From NCBI GenBank assembly GCA_008080745.1, contig SHMX01000004.1:270001-302000 (forward strand): a DNA stretch of 32,000 nt, written 5' to 3'. The stretch is from Candidatus Thorarchaeota archaeon (GTDB lineage Archaea; Asgardarchaeota; Thorarchaeia; Thorarchaeales; Thorarchaeaceae). Under the pieces are notes generated by a model. The model was not told the DNA's origin, ran no database searches, and saw nothing but the letters and a program-made list of their open reading frames with translations. Shown here piece by piece: positions 18,897 to 27,151 of this stretch. Each line of letters starts with the position of its first letter. Positions within the stretch are counted from its first letter, which is position 1. Made by a program: the position numbers and the translations under genes.

Positions 18897-19853
18897 TCAG
18901 GGCAAGAACACAGACTCCAACTTACCGGATTCCATTAATTCTTTCAACTCCCGAGCAATTCTCTTCCCCATCCACATCTCTTCTCCAAATTGGAGGTATG
19001 AATAGGGCGAATAAGGAATCCATACATTGGTACCTGCAACAATTCTCCCGCTAAATTCGAAAGTGTATATATTCTGTTCTTTGTCAATTATTGTTTCAAT
19101 GCAGAATGGGCCTGGTATAGTTTCGCCTGTTAGTTCTTCAAATCCCGAAACAAAATTCCTCCCCATCTCGAAATATGTTGCGAGAGTAGATTCTCTTAGA
19201 ACCATGGGGAGATTTCCAATCACCACAAAAGAGGGCCTATCATCGAATCGTAAGTTTGCATCTGCATCAGTTTCATATCTGATATCCGCTCCAAAAACCT
19301 CTATTCGCTCTCTACTCAGCGAGTTAAAATAGGTAACAAATACTTTTGTTCCCACTACATATTGTTGGATACCGTATTGCATATTGGGATCCATTTTATT
19401 CCTTGCTTCATCTCGGTCTTTTGCAATGAAGTATCCCTCTCCACCTGCAGCACCATAAGTTTTCACAATGACAGGGGTGTCTATATCATCGACGGAGTCG
19501 AATTCCTTTGGTACTCTCAGACCTGATTCCTTCATTAATTGAGACTTTAATTCTCGATCTTCTTCCCATTTGAGAAGCTCTTTATTTCCGTACAGATTCA
19601 AATCTGATTGAAGAATCTTCTCAGCTCCAATATAGGCCACAAATGAACCATGAGGGATTATAATGACATCTTCAGTGTCCATATCTAAAATCTCGTCAAA
19701 TGATTGTACTTCGACAATTGAATCTTTTAGACCGAACGATTCGTAGAACTCTCGTCTTTTGGGCTGACAGTATAGTACGGTTTGAAACCCCTCTGATTTT
19801 GCTCCAGACATTATATTTAGAGCACTATGACTTGCGATGGTTCCAATCTTCAT
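18897..19853 (-). CDS. purP: PurP-family formate-dependent AICAR formyltransferase (FAICAR synthetase)
   Basis: IASHSAL, PHGSFVAY, GGEGYF, DIRYET, GNLPMVLRES, GPFCIE, FEFSGRIVAGTN, MGKRIARE. Confidence 0.88.
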   Translation of the reverse strand: MKIGTIASHSALNIMSGAKSEGFQTVLYCQPKRREFYESFGLKDSIVEVQSFDEILDMDTEDVIIIPHGSFVAYIGAEKILQSDLNLYGNKELLKWEEDRELKSQLMKESGLRVPKEFDSVDDIDTPVIVKTYGAAGGEGYFIAKDRDEARNKMDPNMQYGIQQYVVGTKVFVTYFNSLSRERIEVFGADIRYETDADANLRFDDRPSFVVIGNLPMVLRESTLATYFEMGRNFVSGFEELTGETIPGPFCIETIIDKEQNIYTFEFSGRIVAGTNVWIPYSPYSYLQFGEEMWMGKRIARELKELMESGKLESVFLP

Positions 19854-21244
19854 CCAATCACCCGTTCGTAATCTCGACTATCGGATTCCTCTTCGTCTTG
19901 CAATTGCTCTTGGATATATCGAGCATGTTCTGTTGGATAATCCCCATCCAAGCATGCTAAACAAAGGTCTTTGAGACCTATTGCGTTAACTAAATCATTG
20001 ATATCTTGATAGATCAGGGCATCAGCTCCAATATATTTTCTAATCTCTTCTTTTCTGCTATTAGAGGCAATCAGTTCCTTTCCGGTGGAGATGTCAATGC
20101 CATAGTAACAGGGATGGTCCTGAGGTGGGCATGTTGCTGCAAAATAGACTTTAGATGCACCTAAACCCTTCAAGTCCTTTACAATCATCTTTGCGGTCGT
20201 ACCTCGAACAATAGAGTCATCTACGACAAGAATCGTCTTATTCCTGATTTTATCGGTAAGATAGATGTATTTGCTCTTGGCCATCGCATTCCGTTCTTCT
20301 TGAGTTCTAACAATAAAGGTTCGCCCAAGATATCTATTTTTTAAAATAATTTCTCGCATGGGAACATCGAGAGCTTCTGCTAATGCTTGTGCGGCTGGTC
20401 TACTGGTATCAGGCACTGGTACAACATAATCAGGTGTTTCTATGTTCATTTTTTTAAACGCACTCGCCAGAGCCCTTCCCAATCGAAATCTAACATCGTA
20501 GACTAATTGGTTCTCAATGGTTGTAGCTGGATGAGCAAAATAGACATATTCAAAAAAACAATGTGAATGGAGGGCATTCTGAGATATTGAAAATGATTCT
20601 AATTTTCCATCTTGACTAAATATGAGCAGCTCTCCCGGATACACATCACGTTCCACATCAATACCTATCATTGAATGGACTGTACTCTCTGACGCAATGA
20701 CCGTCAGATCTTTACTTCTTCCAAATACTAACGGTTTGAAGCCTCTAGAATCTCTGAAAGCAAAGAGTTTTCCTTCATGAATTCCTACGATACTGAAAGC
20801 TCCATCCAACTCAGATGACAGCTTTCGTATTGCGTCTGGGAGGATATTGTTATTCTCACTCAGATACTTTGCCAATTTGTCTGTGATGAATTGAGCATCC
20901 GTGAAATAATCTTTCTCAGCATAAACCGCCATATTAGTGATATTCCCATTATGAGTAAGTGCAATCTGCTCTGCTTGAAAAGGTCCGACGAAGATATCAA
21001 GATCTTTCTCTGTTCCCACCCGTTTACCAATAGTTGGATATCGGGTACTTCCTAAGATAATCTTGGGTGATTCATCAGGCAGTTCAATAAAAGCAGGGCT
21101 GCCCATTGCTTTTGCTTCAATGTATTCGTTTCCTGATATCCATAGTAAACCTGCTGCATCTTGACCTCGATGAGCTAAGAGAAGGAGTAATTCTCTTGCC
21201 ATACTCAATGGCATTTTCCCTAGAATTCCCAATACTCCACACAT
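19850..21244 (-). CDS. purF: Amidophosphoribosyltransferase
   Basis: N-terminal MCG nucleophile, HRGQDAAG, HNGNI, CFFEYVYF, PVPDT, VVDDSIVRGTT, CYYGID, CLAC. Confidence 0.97.
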   Translation of the reverse strand: MCGVLGILGKMPLSMARELLLLLAHRGQDAAGLLWISGNEYIEAKAMGSPAFIELPDESPKIILGSTRYPTIGKRVGTEKDLDIFVGPFQAEQIALTHNGNITNMAVYAEKDYFTDAQFITDKLAKYLSENNNILPDAIRKLSSELDGAFSIVGIHEGKLFAFRDSRGFKPLVFGRSKDLTVIASESTVHSMIGIDVERDVYPGELLIFSQDGKLESFSISQNALHSHCFFEYVYFAHPATTIENQLVYDVRFRLGRALASAFKKMNIETPDYVVPVPDTSRPAAQALAEALDVPMREIILKNRYLGRTFIVRTQEERNAMAKSKYIYLTDKIRNKTILVVDDSIVRGTTAKMIVKDLKGLGASKVYFAATCPPQDHPCYYGIDISTGKELIASNSRKEEIRKYIGADALIYQDINDLVNAIGLKDLCLACLDGDYPTEHARYIQEQLQDEEESDSRDYERVIG

Positions 21245-21246
21245 TG

Positions 21247-21855
21247 CTATTCACCGTTAATTTTTGTTCTTCGTCCTTGAATGTGAATTTTGCCTTCAGA
21301 GAGAAGTTGAACTGTTTCAACAAGAATCTCGTGTTCCTTTTCCAGAATTCTCTCTGCAAGTGTATCACGAGTGTCAGTATCGAATATAGGTACATATTCC
21401 TGCAGAATTATCGGACCAGCATCCATCTCAATTGTGACAACATGAGTGGTACACCCAGTGATCTTCACCCCATAGTCCAGGGCTTGTTGTTGTGCGTCGA
21501 TTCCCGGAAATGCTGGTAACAATGATGGATGAATATTGATTATCTTGTTTTCAAAAGGCTTGATCAAGTGTTCAGTTATGAGCCGCATATATCCCGCCAA
21601 CACAACAATATCAACATTGTATTGCTTGAGAATCTCAACAACGCGTTTATCATGTTCCTCACGAACTGGGTGTGTCTTTTTAGTCACAATCTCTGTACTG
21701 ATATTTGCAGTTCGTGCTCGTTCGAGACCGTATGCCTTGCTTTTGTTACTGATAACAACTGCTATCTCTGCACCGAGGCGATCTTGTTGCTGTGCATCGA
21801 TGAGTGCCTGAAGATTTGTTCCTCTTCCGCTAATTAGAACCCCAATTCGTTTCAT
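21247..21855 (-). CDS. purN: Phosphoribosylglycinamide formyltransferase (folate-dependent)
   Basis: LISGRGTNL, LAGYMR, NIHPSLLP, GCTTH, DAGPII, EH. Confidence 0.96.
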   Translation of the reverse strand: MKRIGVLISGRGTNLQALIDAQQQDRLGAEIAVVISNKSKAYGLERARTANISTEIVTKKTHPVREEHDKRVVEILKQYNVDIVVLAGYMRLITEHLIKPFENKIINIHPSLLPAFPGIDAQQQALDYGVKITGCTTHVVTIEMDAGPIILQEYVPIFDTDTRDTLAERILEKEHEILVETVQLLSEGKIHIQGRRTKINGE

Positions 21856-21857
21856 GG

Positions 21858-21890
21858 TATGGCGACGGAATTTGATGCCATATAACTTCT
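21858..21890 (-). promoter_or_regulatory. Putative purine operon promoter (BRE-TATA) overlapped by an inverted repeat
   Basis: AGAAG-TTATAT (21890-21880) lies 25 nt upstream of the purN ATG, a leaderless geometry. Inverted repeat tatggc (21858-21863) / gccata (21877-21882). Confidence 0.45.
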
Positions 21891-21900
21891 ATGCCTCTAC

Positions 21901-22428
21901 TTAGAAAAATTCCCGCATTAGCGCTCCAACAAGAGAGCCAAGAAGATTAGCAAAGATAACAAACAGGAAATATACCGCACTTATGACCATTCCCGATATG
22001 AAGAACTCGCCAATATCCAGTTCTGGAGCAATTAGAGCCGGTGAAATAAGGAATAGTATGAATATGACAATGAAGAACATCGAAGAAATCAATGATGCAA
22101 AAAGCGCATTCTTGGTTTGATGCACTGTCAATCCTATTGGTATTGCAGACACCATTGGCACAACGAACATATAGAGTGCCACTTCTTCCAGAATATCAAC
22201 AATGACCAACGCATAAATATTGGCGTTTATTACGGCCGCAAGGAAGGGAACGAGAAACATAACAAGCAGATCTCTGTTTCTTTCGTACATTTTAACTCCT
22301 AGGAATTTTACTACTGGTTGTTGTTTTACACCTTCAACCTTTTTCTTCTCTGGGAGTGGTCTGAAGAAACCTTTCTTCTCTTCTGGTTCCTCTTCAGCAT
22401 CTACACGATATTTTGTTTCATCGGACAT
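21901..22428 (-). CDS. Hypothetical membrane protein (about 4 TM) with a charged N-terminus
   Basis: Start set at ATG 22428 (MSDETK). Four hydrophobic segments follow an E/K-rich N-terminus. Confidence 0.65.
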   Translation of the reverse strand: MSDETKYRVDAEEEPEEKKGFFRPLPEKKKVEGVKQQPVVKFLGVKMYERNRDLLVMFLVPFLAAVINANIYALVIVDILEEVALYMFVVPMVSAIPIGLTVHQTKNALFASLISSMFFIVIFILFLISPALIAPELDIGEFFISGMVISAVYFLFVIFANLLGSLVGALMREFF

Positions 22429-22564
22429 AGCATCCACTGAATTAAAAACTAGTAATAACTGACAATAAAGGCTTCGCATTACGCAAGTGCATGAAAGTTA
22501 TCGAATCTTTTTTGACCGTAACGCCTATGAAGCGAATAGGCTTAGAAATATCGAGGATACTCTT

Positions 22565-23713
22565 ATGGCACGAGACCAACCAATCGAAAGAAGTGATTCT
22601 GTTGAAGAACTAACAGAGGCTAGTCTAACGAAGAGAAGGAAAATAGAGCACATCGAGATTTGTCTTGATGAAGATGTCCAATGCAGGAGATCAACGATGT
22701 TCGAAGATATCAAACTTTTACATAACGCTCTGCCTGAGATCAACAAAGATACTATTGATCTAACTACTAACTTCTTTGGTCTAAGGGCTGATTATCCTAT
22801 CGTCATAGCTGCCATGACTGGAGGTCATCCTGAGACTTACAAAATCAATCAACGTCTAGCCGAGGCTGCAGAGGAGCTTAAGATTCCTATAGGTGTGGGG
22901 AGTCAGAGATCCGGGTTAGAGAATCCTGACCTAGCTGACACATTCAAAGTTGTTAGGGATTGCGCCCCCACTGTTCCCGTGATTGCAAATATTGGAGCAA
23001 CCCATGTCAATCTGGCTGCAGAAGCTGTTTCGATGGTTGAGGCAGATATACTAGCAATTCATCTTAATCCTCTTCAAGAGGCTATCCAACCTGAAGGTGA
23101 CTGTAATTCTATTGGTGTGATTGATAATATTGCACAAATTGTAGATATTGTTGATGTTCCTGTCATCTGTAAAGAAACTGGTGCTGGAATATCTGGTGAA
23201 GTCGCCAAAGCTCTTGAGAATGTTGGTGTTGTCGGTGTGGATGTCGGGGGAGTTGGTGGAACGAGCTGGGCAGCAGTTGAATATTATCGTGCTTTGAAAG
23301 AGGATGATGCTATCAAAGCTCAAATGGGTCTCGAGTTTTGGGACTTTGGGATTCCCACCGCCCTGAGTGTCATTATGGTGAGTGATGCAACTGACTTGGA
23401 TATTATTGCTACTGGTGGTATACGCACAGGTCTTGATGTATCGAAAGCTCTAAGCTTGGGTGCAATTTCAGCTGGAGTAGCACACCCATTTCTATATCCT
23501 GCAACCCGTGGTAGAACTGAAGATGTGGTTGGTGAAATTTCAAAGTTCATTGAAGGCCTTCGAACAGCAATGTATCTAACTGGCTGTGATTCTATCGAAA
23601 AATTACAGATTCGCCCTCTAATTATTGGAGGAAAACTCCTTGAGTCCTTGAATTCACTCGGAATAGATTATGAACAACTAGTTTCCGGTACTCAGATCGA
23701 TTTCGATATCTGA
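22565..23713 (+). CDS. fni: Type 2 isopentenyl-diphosphate delta-isomerase (FMN-dependent)
   Basis: RRKIEHI, AAMTGG, GVGSQR, ANIG, HLNPLQEAIQPEGD, KETGAG, GGTSWAAVE, ATGGIRTG. Start set at ATG 22565 after GAGGA. Confidence 0.96.
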   Translation: MARDQPIERSDSVEELTEASLTKRRKIEHIEICLDEDVQCRRSTMFEDIKLLHNALPEINKDTIDLTTNFFGLRADYPIVIAAMTGGHPETYKINQRLAEAAEELKIPIGVGSQRSGLENPDLADTFKVVRDCAPTVPVIANIGATHVNLAAEAVSMVEADILAIHLNPLQEAIQPEGDCNSIGVIDNIAQIVDIVDVPVICKETGAGISGEVAKALENVGVVGVDVGGVGGTSWAAVEYYRALKEDDAIKAQMGLEFWDFGIPTALSVIMVSDATDLDIIATGGIRTGLDVSKALSLGAISAGVAHPFLYPATRGRTEDVVGEISKFIEGLRTAMYLTGCDSIEKLQIRPLIIGGKLLESLNSLGIDYEQLVSGTQIDFDI

Positions 23714-23720
23714 TTTCACG

Positions 23721-24119
23721 TCATTTATAAACGGAGGGACATCCTCTGCAGGGGTTCCCAAATATGGGGCAATTCTCACAATTTGACCCACAGGGAGGCG
23801 ATTCCTGTTTATCACTCTCATACGGATTTGCATCGAATAAAAATACAAGTCTGTCATCGCGCACAAAAGACACGGATTCAGCACCAATAAGTTCAGGATT
23901 CTCTACTAGTGTGTTTTCTTCGTTAGAAAAATTACCATGTTGTTGGTAGACGGATTCGATAGCTACCACTCGTAATTGGTTGGGTTCCTTTCCCTTCTCT
24001 ATTATTGGCCAATTTGGACATTCTCGATACTTCTTAAGAAATGCATTGGCTTTCCACTCGCTAGAAAATGTAAAAATGTAGATCCCCCCCATGAGAGCTC
24101 TTTTATCTGATTCTCTCAT
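23721..24119 (-). CDS. Hypothetical protein with a C-terminal Cys cluster (DUF3795-like, possible Fe-S or Zn site)
   Basis: C-terminus CGSNCENCPIFGNPCRGCP (CX3CX2CX6CX2C). Alternative start at ATG 24092. Confidence 0.55.
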   Translation of the reverse strand: MRESDKRALMGGIYIFTFSSEWKANAFLKKYRECPNWPIIEKGKEPNQLRVVAIESVYQQHGNFSNEENTLVENPELIGAESVSFVRDDRLVFLFDANPYESDKQESPPCGSNCENCPIFGNPCRGCPSVYK

Positions 24120-24136
24120 TGGGGGTTCATCCAGTT

Positions 24137-25543
24137 TTATTTAGCTCCAATACGCCTTAGGTATTGCGATCGCTGATCCATACCGTGAAGCATCTGTACA
24201 GCCTCCTCAATGGTGTCGCCAACGGGTATTCCATTGAGTTCAAAGCCTCGGATAATTACTTCATATTTCTCTAAATCCGGAACATACGCTACAATTGTTT
24301 TCTCGTATTTCTTTCCAACATTAGCCACTCTCGCACCTACCTGTAGTGATATGCCGGGTGCATAGGGCAACATGAGAAGCAATGCAGCATCAACCTTTTC
24401 AAGATCAAGCATCACATCAAGTACTCGTTCATAGTCCAAGTCTGAAGCACTACCAGTAAGATCGCATGGGTTTCTAAATGAAGCTATATTTTGATATGCT
24501 GGTGTCATCTGTTCTCTAAGCTTCTTCTGATCATCTTCTGAAAATAATGGTAACTTCAAATCATAGTGATCTGCCTCATCTGTGGCTATCACACCGTGGC
24601 CTCCACTTACAGTTAAACATCCGATGTTGGGTCCCCTCATAATTGTGGGTTTGAATGAGAATACCTTTGAGAATGCCATCACTTCATCCTCATCAATTGC
24701 TTCAATAACTCCATACTGTTTGAAAGCAGCAGAAGCTACAACTCGATTTCCTGCCAGGGATGATGTGTGACTCTGAGTTGCTCGATGACCGGCTTCAGAT
24801 TGACCTCCTTTAAGCACAACTACTGGTTTCTTATCAGCAATCTTCTTAGCGGCTTCTACGAAGGCTCTTCCTTCACCTTCAGCAAAACCCTCAATGTAAC
24901 AGAGAATAACATTGACTTTGTCATCGTTTCCAAAATGTTGAACGAAATCTGTTACTTTAGTTTGAGCTGCATTTCCAATTGATACTGCAGCTGCAATGCC
25001 GACATCTCGAGAAGCAAATTCTTCTAATCGCTCAATAAGCCAGCCTCCACTCTGTGATATCAGTGCTACTGATCCTTTGATTGGTCGTGCTACACGTTCA
25101 GATGGCAGGAAGAATGTATCAAGAGCTTCAGGCACAAATACACCAATGCAGTTTGGACCCACCATGGTGATGTTATATTTTTCAGCTAATTCCACTATCT
25201 CTTTCTGTAGACTCTCGCCAGTTTCTCCAGTTTCACTAAAACCTCCCGATACAACGATGACTGATTTGATACCTTTTTCTCCAACGTCCTTCAAGACTGA
25301 AGGAACATATTTTGCAGGAACTGAAATTACTACCAACTCGATATCATCAGGAGCTTCTGCAACTGATTTGTATGCTTGAACACCTTCAATCATACCTCCC
25401 TTAGGGTTGATTGGGTAGGTCTTGAGACCGTTCTCAAAAGCTAGCTTTCTAAATATCACGTTACCGGGGCTGAATGGATTCGAAGTCGAGACGCCCACTA
25501 CTGCCGTTACTTTCGGACTTAGCATCTTCTTTAGGCCAGACAT
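24137..25543 (-). CDS. Acyl-CoA ligase (ADP-forming) alpha subunit: CoA-binding + ligase domains
   Basis: VVGVS, YPINPK, SGGFSE, GPNCIG, ISQSGG, SIGN, KGGQSEAG, SHTSSLAG (phospho-His), NPCDL. No ATP-grasp domain. Confidence 0.88.
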   Translation of the reverse strand: MSGLKKMLSPKVTAVVGVSTSNPFSPGNVIFRKLAFENGLKTYPINPKGGMIEGVQAYKSVAEAPDDIELVVISVPAKYVPSVLKDVGEKGIKSVIVVSGGFSETGETGESLQKEIVELAEKYNITMVGPNCIGVFVPEALDTFFLPSERVARPIKGSVALISQSGGWLIERLEEFASRDVGIAAAVSIGNAAQTKVTDFVQHFGNDDKVNVILCYIEGFAEGEGRAFVEAAKKIADKKPVVVLKGGQSEAGHRATQSHTSSLAGNRVVASAAFKQYGVIEAIDEDEVMAFSKVFSFKPTIMRGPNIGCLTVSGGHGVIATDEADHYDLKLPLFSEDDQKKLREQMTPAYQNIASFRNPCDLTGSASDLDYERVLDVMLDLEKVDAALLLMLPYAPGISLQVGARVANVGKKYEKTIVAYVPDLEKYEVIIRGFELNGIPVGDTIEEAVQMLHGMDQRSQYLRRIGAK

Positions 25544-25725
25544 ATCTTAACCCTCTTCTATGTTGCATTCGGATAGAAATTATACCCTTATATCGCTACG
25601 GGTGACTTTGGTAATAGCCATTCTGCCAATGCCACCAGAACCTTTAGTTTTTAAGCAAAGATACGGTTGTGAATATAAATACACTCTACGGAGGAATATC
25701 TCGCGTGTCATGGAAAAAACATACT

Positions 25726-26022
25726 ATGAAAGCTCCGAAGATTCATGAGATGAATCGGGAATTCAACAAAAAGATGGAAAAAAAGGTAGACGAATTGATA
25801 GCCGCTCTAGCAGATACTGAGGATGCAATAGATTTAGAGTTCTTGGAGGACTACTTTGTCCTCAGTGAGGATGATAATCAGGCCATTCAGGAACTAGCAC
25901 ATATTTTGAGAGTTCACGGTAAGTACGCTCACAAGGTCGTACCTCTTAGAGAGGAAAAAATGGTCTATATTCAGTTTTATACAAAGAAAGACGACGACGA
26001 AGATGACGAAGATGAGGATTAG
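25726..26022 (+). CDS. Small hypothetical protein with an acidic C-terminal tail
   Basis: 98-aa ORF ending KKDDDEDDEDED. TATAAA at ~25673 and a terminator-like hairpin after the stop. Start uncertain. Confidence 0.6.
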   Translation: MKAPKIHEMNREFNKKMEKKVDELIAALADTEDAIDLEFLEDYFVLSEDDNQAIQELAHILRVHGKYAHKVVPLREEKMVYIQFYTKKDDDEDDEDED

Positions 26023-26058
26023 TCCCGGCTGGGACTACCTCTTTCTTGTTTTTATTTT
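26021..26058 (+). terminator. Hairpin + U-tract between convergent genes
   Basis: agtccc-ggct-gggact (26021-26036) followed by tctttcttgtttttatttt. Confidence 0.5.
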
Positions 26059-27148
26059 ATGGTTTCATCTGAGCCAGAATCTCACGAAGTCTTGGTTCAG
26101 CAAGGATTGCATGTTGTAATTTGCATAGCAATTTTGTAATTTCTGCATAGATAACTTGTCGCTGGGGATCACTACCAGTTTCTGCATTCTGTAATGCTTC
26201 TTCGCAGCGTTGGTTGATTCTTTTTATGAGGCGCTTCTCCAAGTCCGGTCCTCCCCAACCAAATCCATCAAAAGCAGTGTGTGCGTCCAATATTTTTTCC
26301 TGAACATTGAAATCTTCGCCTTTGAGTATTCCTTCAATGCCTGCAAAATATTTAGACACTGCTCTTTCTACTCGTTCCATCTCTGACCCATCAAGATAAT
26401 TTTCTTGAGCTCTTTTCTTCATCAAGTCCTGCAAAAGCCTTGCACCGGGTGCCTCTGTTAGCAACCCTTTAACTATACGTACAACAACTCGAGCAGGTAT
26501 CTCGATTGCATCGCCAATATATGGTGAATTGGATTCGTATCTATGAAGCTCTCGTAGAACTTCTAGCCAGAATGTTGGTAATAATGCATGGCAACGCTTA
26601 GAATATTGTTGTATCATCCGCTGAGTCTGACCAATCAGTCCCCACTCATCATTTTCAACACCTACTTTTTTGTAGGGCTCTTTTGGTTCTGGTGGTTCGG
26701 GAGAAGCCAGTTCTAATAGCGGCTCTAATTTTTCTTGGTCTGTTGTAACACTTGATGCAGCTTTTACAACTTCTTTTGGTATCGGCCGAGATCCTTCGCC
26801 TCCATCAAGGAGATGCAGTATCTCAGCAGTAGGTGTTCCTCTGTCCTCGGCTTTCTTGGCAATCTCTGAGAGTTTGGGTAGAACACTCTCTATCTGAGAA
26901 AGTCGCTTTACCAGCAGACCCACTATATTTTGAGTTGATGGTGGTATCTTTGTTGAGGTTGTTAAATCCTCCAACCAACTTCTTGTTCGAGTAAGCCCCT
27001 GAGTTAGAGAATCAACTCTATCAGGATCAATAGAACCCTCAACCTGAGATGTAATTAGGAAATGAATCAAGGTAGAGTTTAGTGTGGCTATGAGGAGCAT
27101 TCGCTCGATTAAGTCAACATTCCCAATTTCTTCAGTCAAATCACTCAC
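26057..27148 (-). CDS. Hypothetical all-alpha protein, two helical domains with a Pro-rich linker; third gene of the tubulin-like operon
   Basis: 363-aa ORF with a GTG start 3 nt after the tubulin-like stop. Linker LASPEPPEPKEP. Confidence 0.75.
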   Translation of the reverse strand: MSDLTEEIGNVDLIERMLLIATLNSTLIHFLITSQVEGSIDPDRVDSLTQGLTRTRSWLEDLTTSTKIPPSTQNIVGLLVKRLSQIESVLPKLSEIAKKAEDRGTPTAEILHLLDGGEGSRPIPKEVVKAASSVTTDQEKLEPLLELASPEPPEPKEPYKKVGVENDEWGLIGQTQRMIQQYSKRCHALLPTFWLEVLRELHRYESNSPYIGDAIEIPARVVVRIVKGLLTEAPGARLLQDLMKKRAQENYLDGSEMERVERAVSKYFAGIEGILKGEDFNVQEKILDAHTAFDGFGWGGPDLEKRLIKRINQRCEEALQNAETGSDPQRQVIYAEITKLLCKLQHAILAEPRLREILAQMKP

Positions 27149-27151
27149 ACC

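Noticed and set aside
25710-25748. Possible frameshift in the A6 run after ATG 25710 that would extend the 25726 ORF
   Set aside because: It would add only 5 residues, and an in-frame ATG at 25726 explains the gene without a frameshift.
25990-26019. GAC/GAT/GAA trinucleotide-like repeat
   Set aside because: It simply encodes the Asp/Glu tail of the small protein and is not an array.
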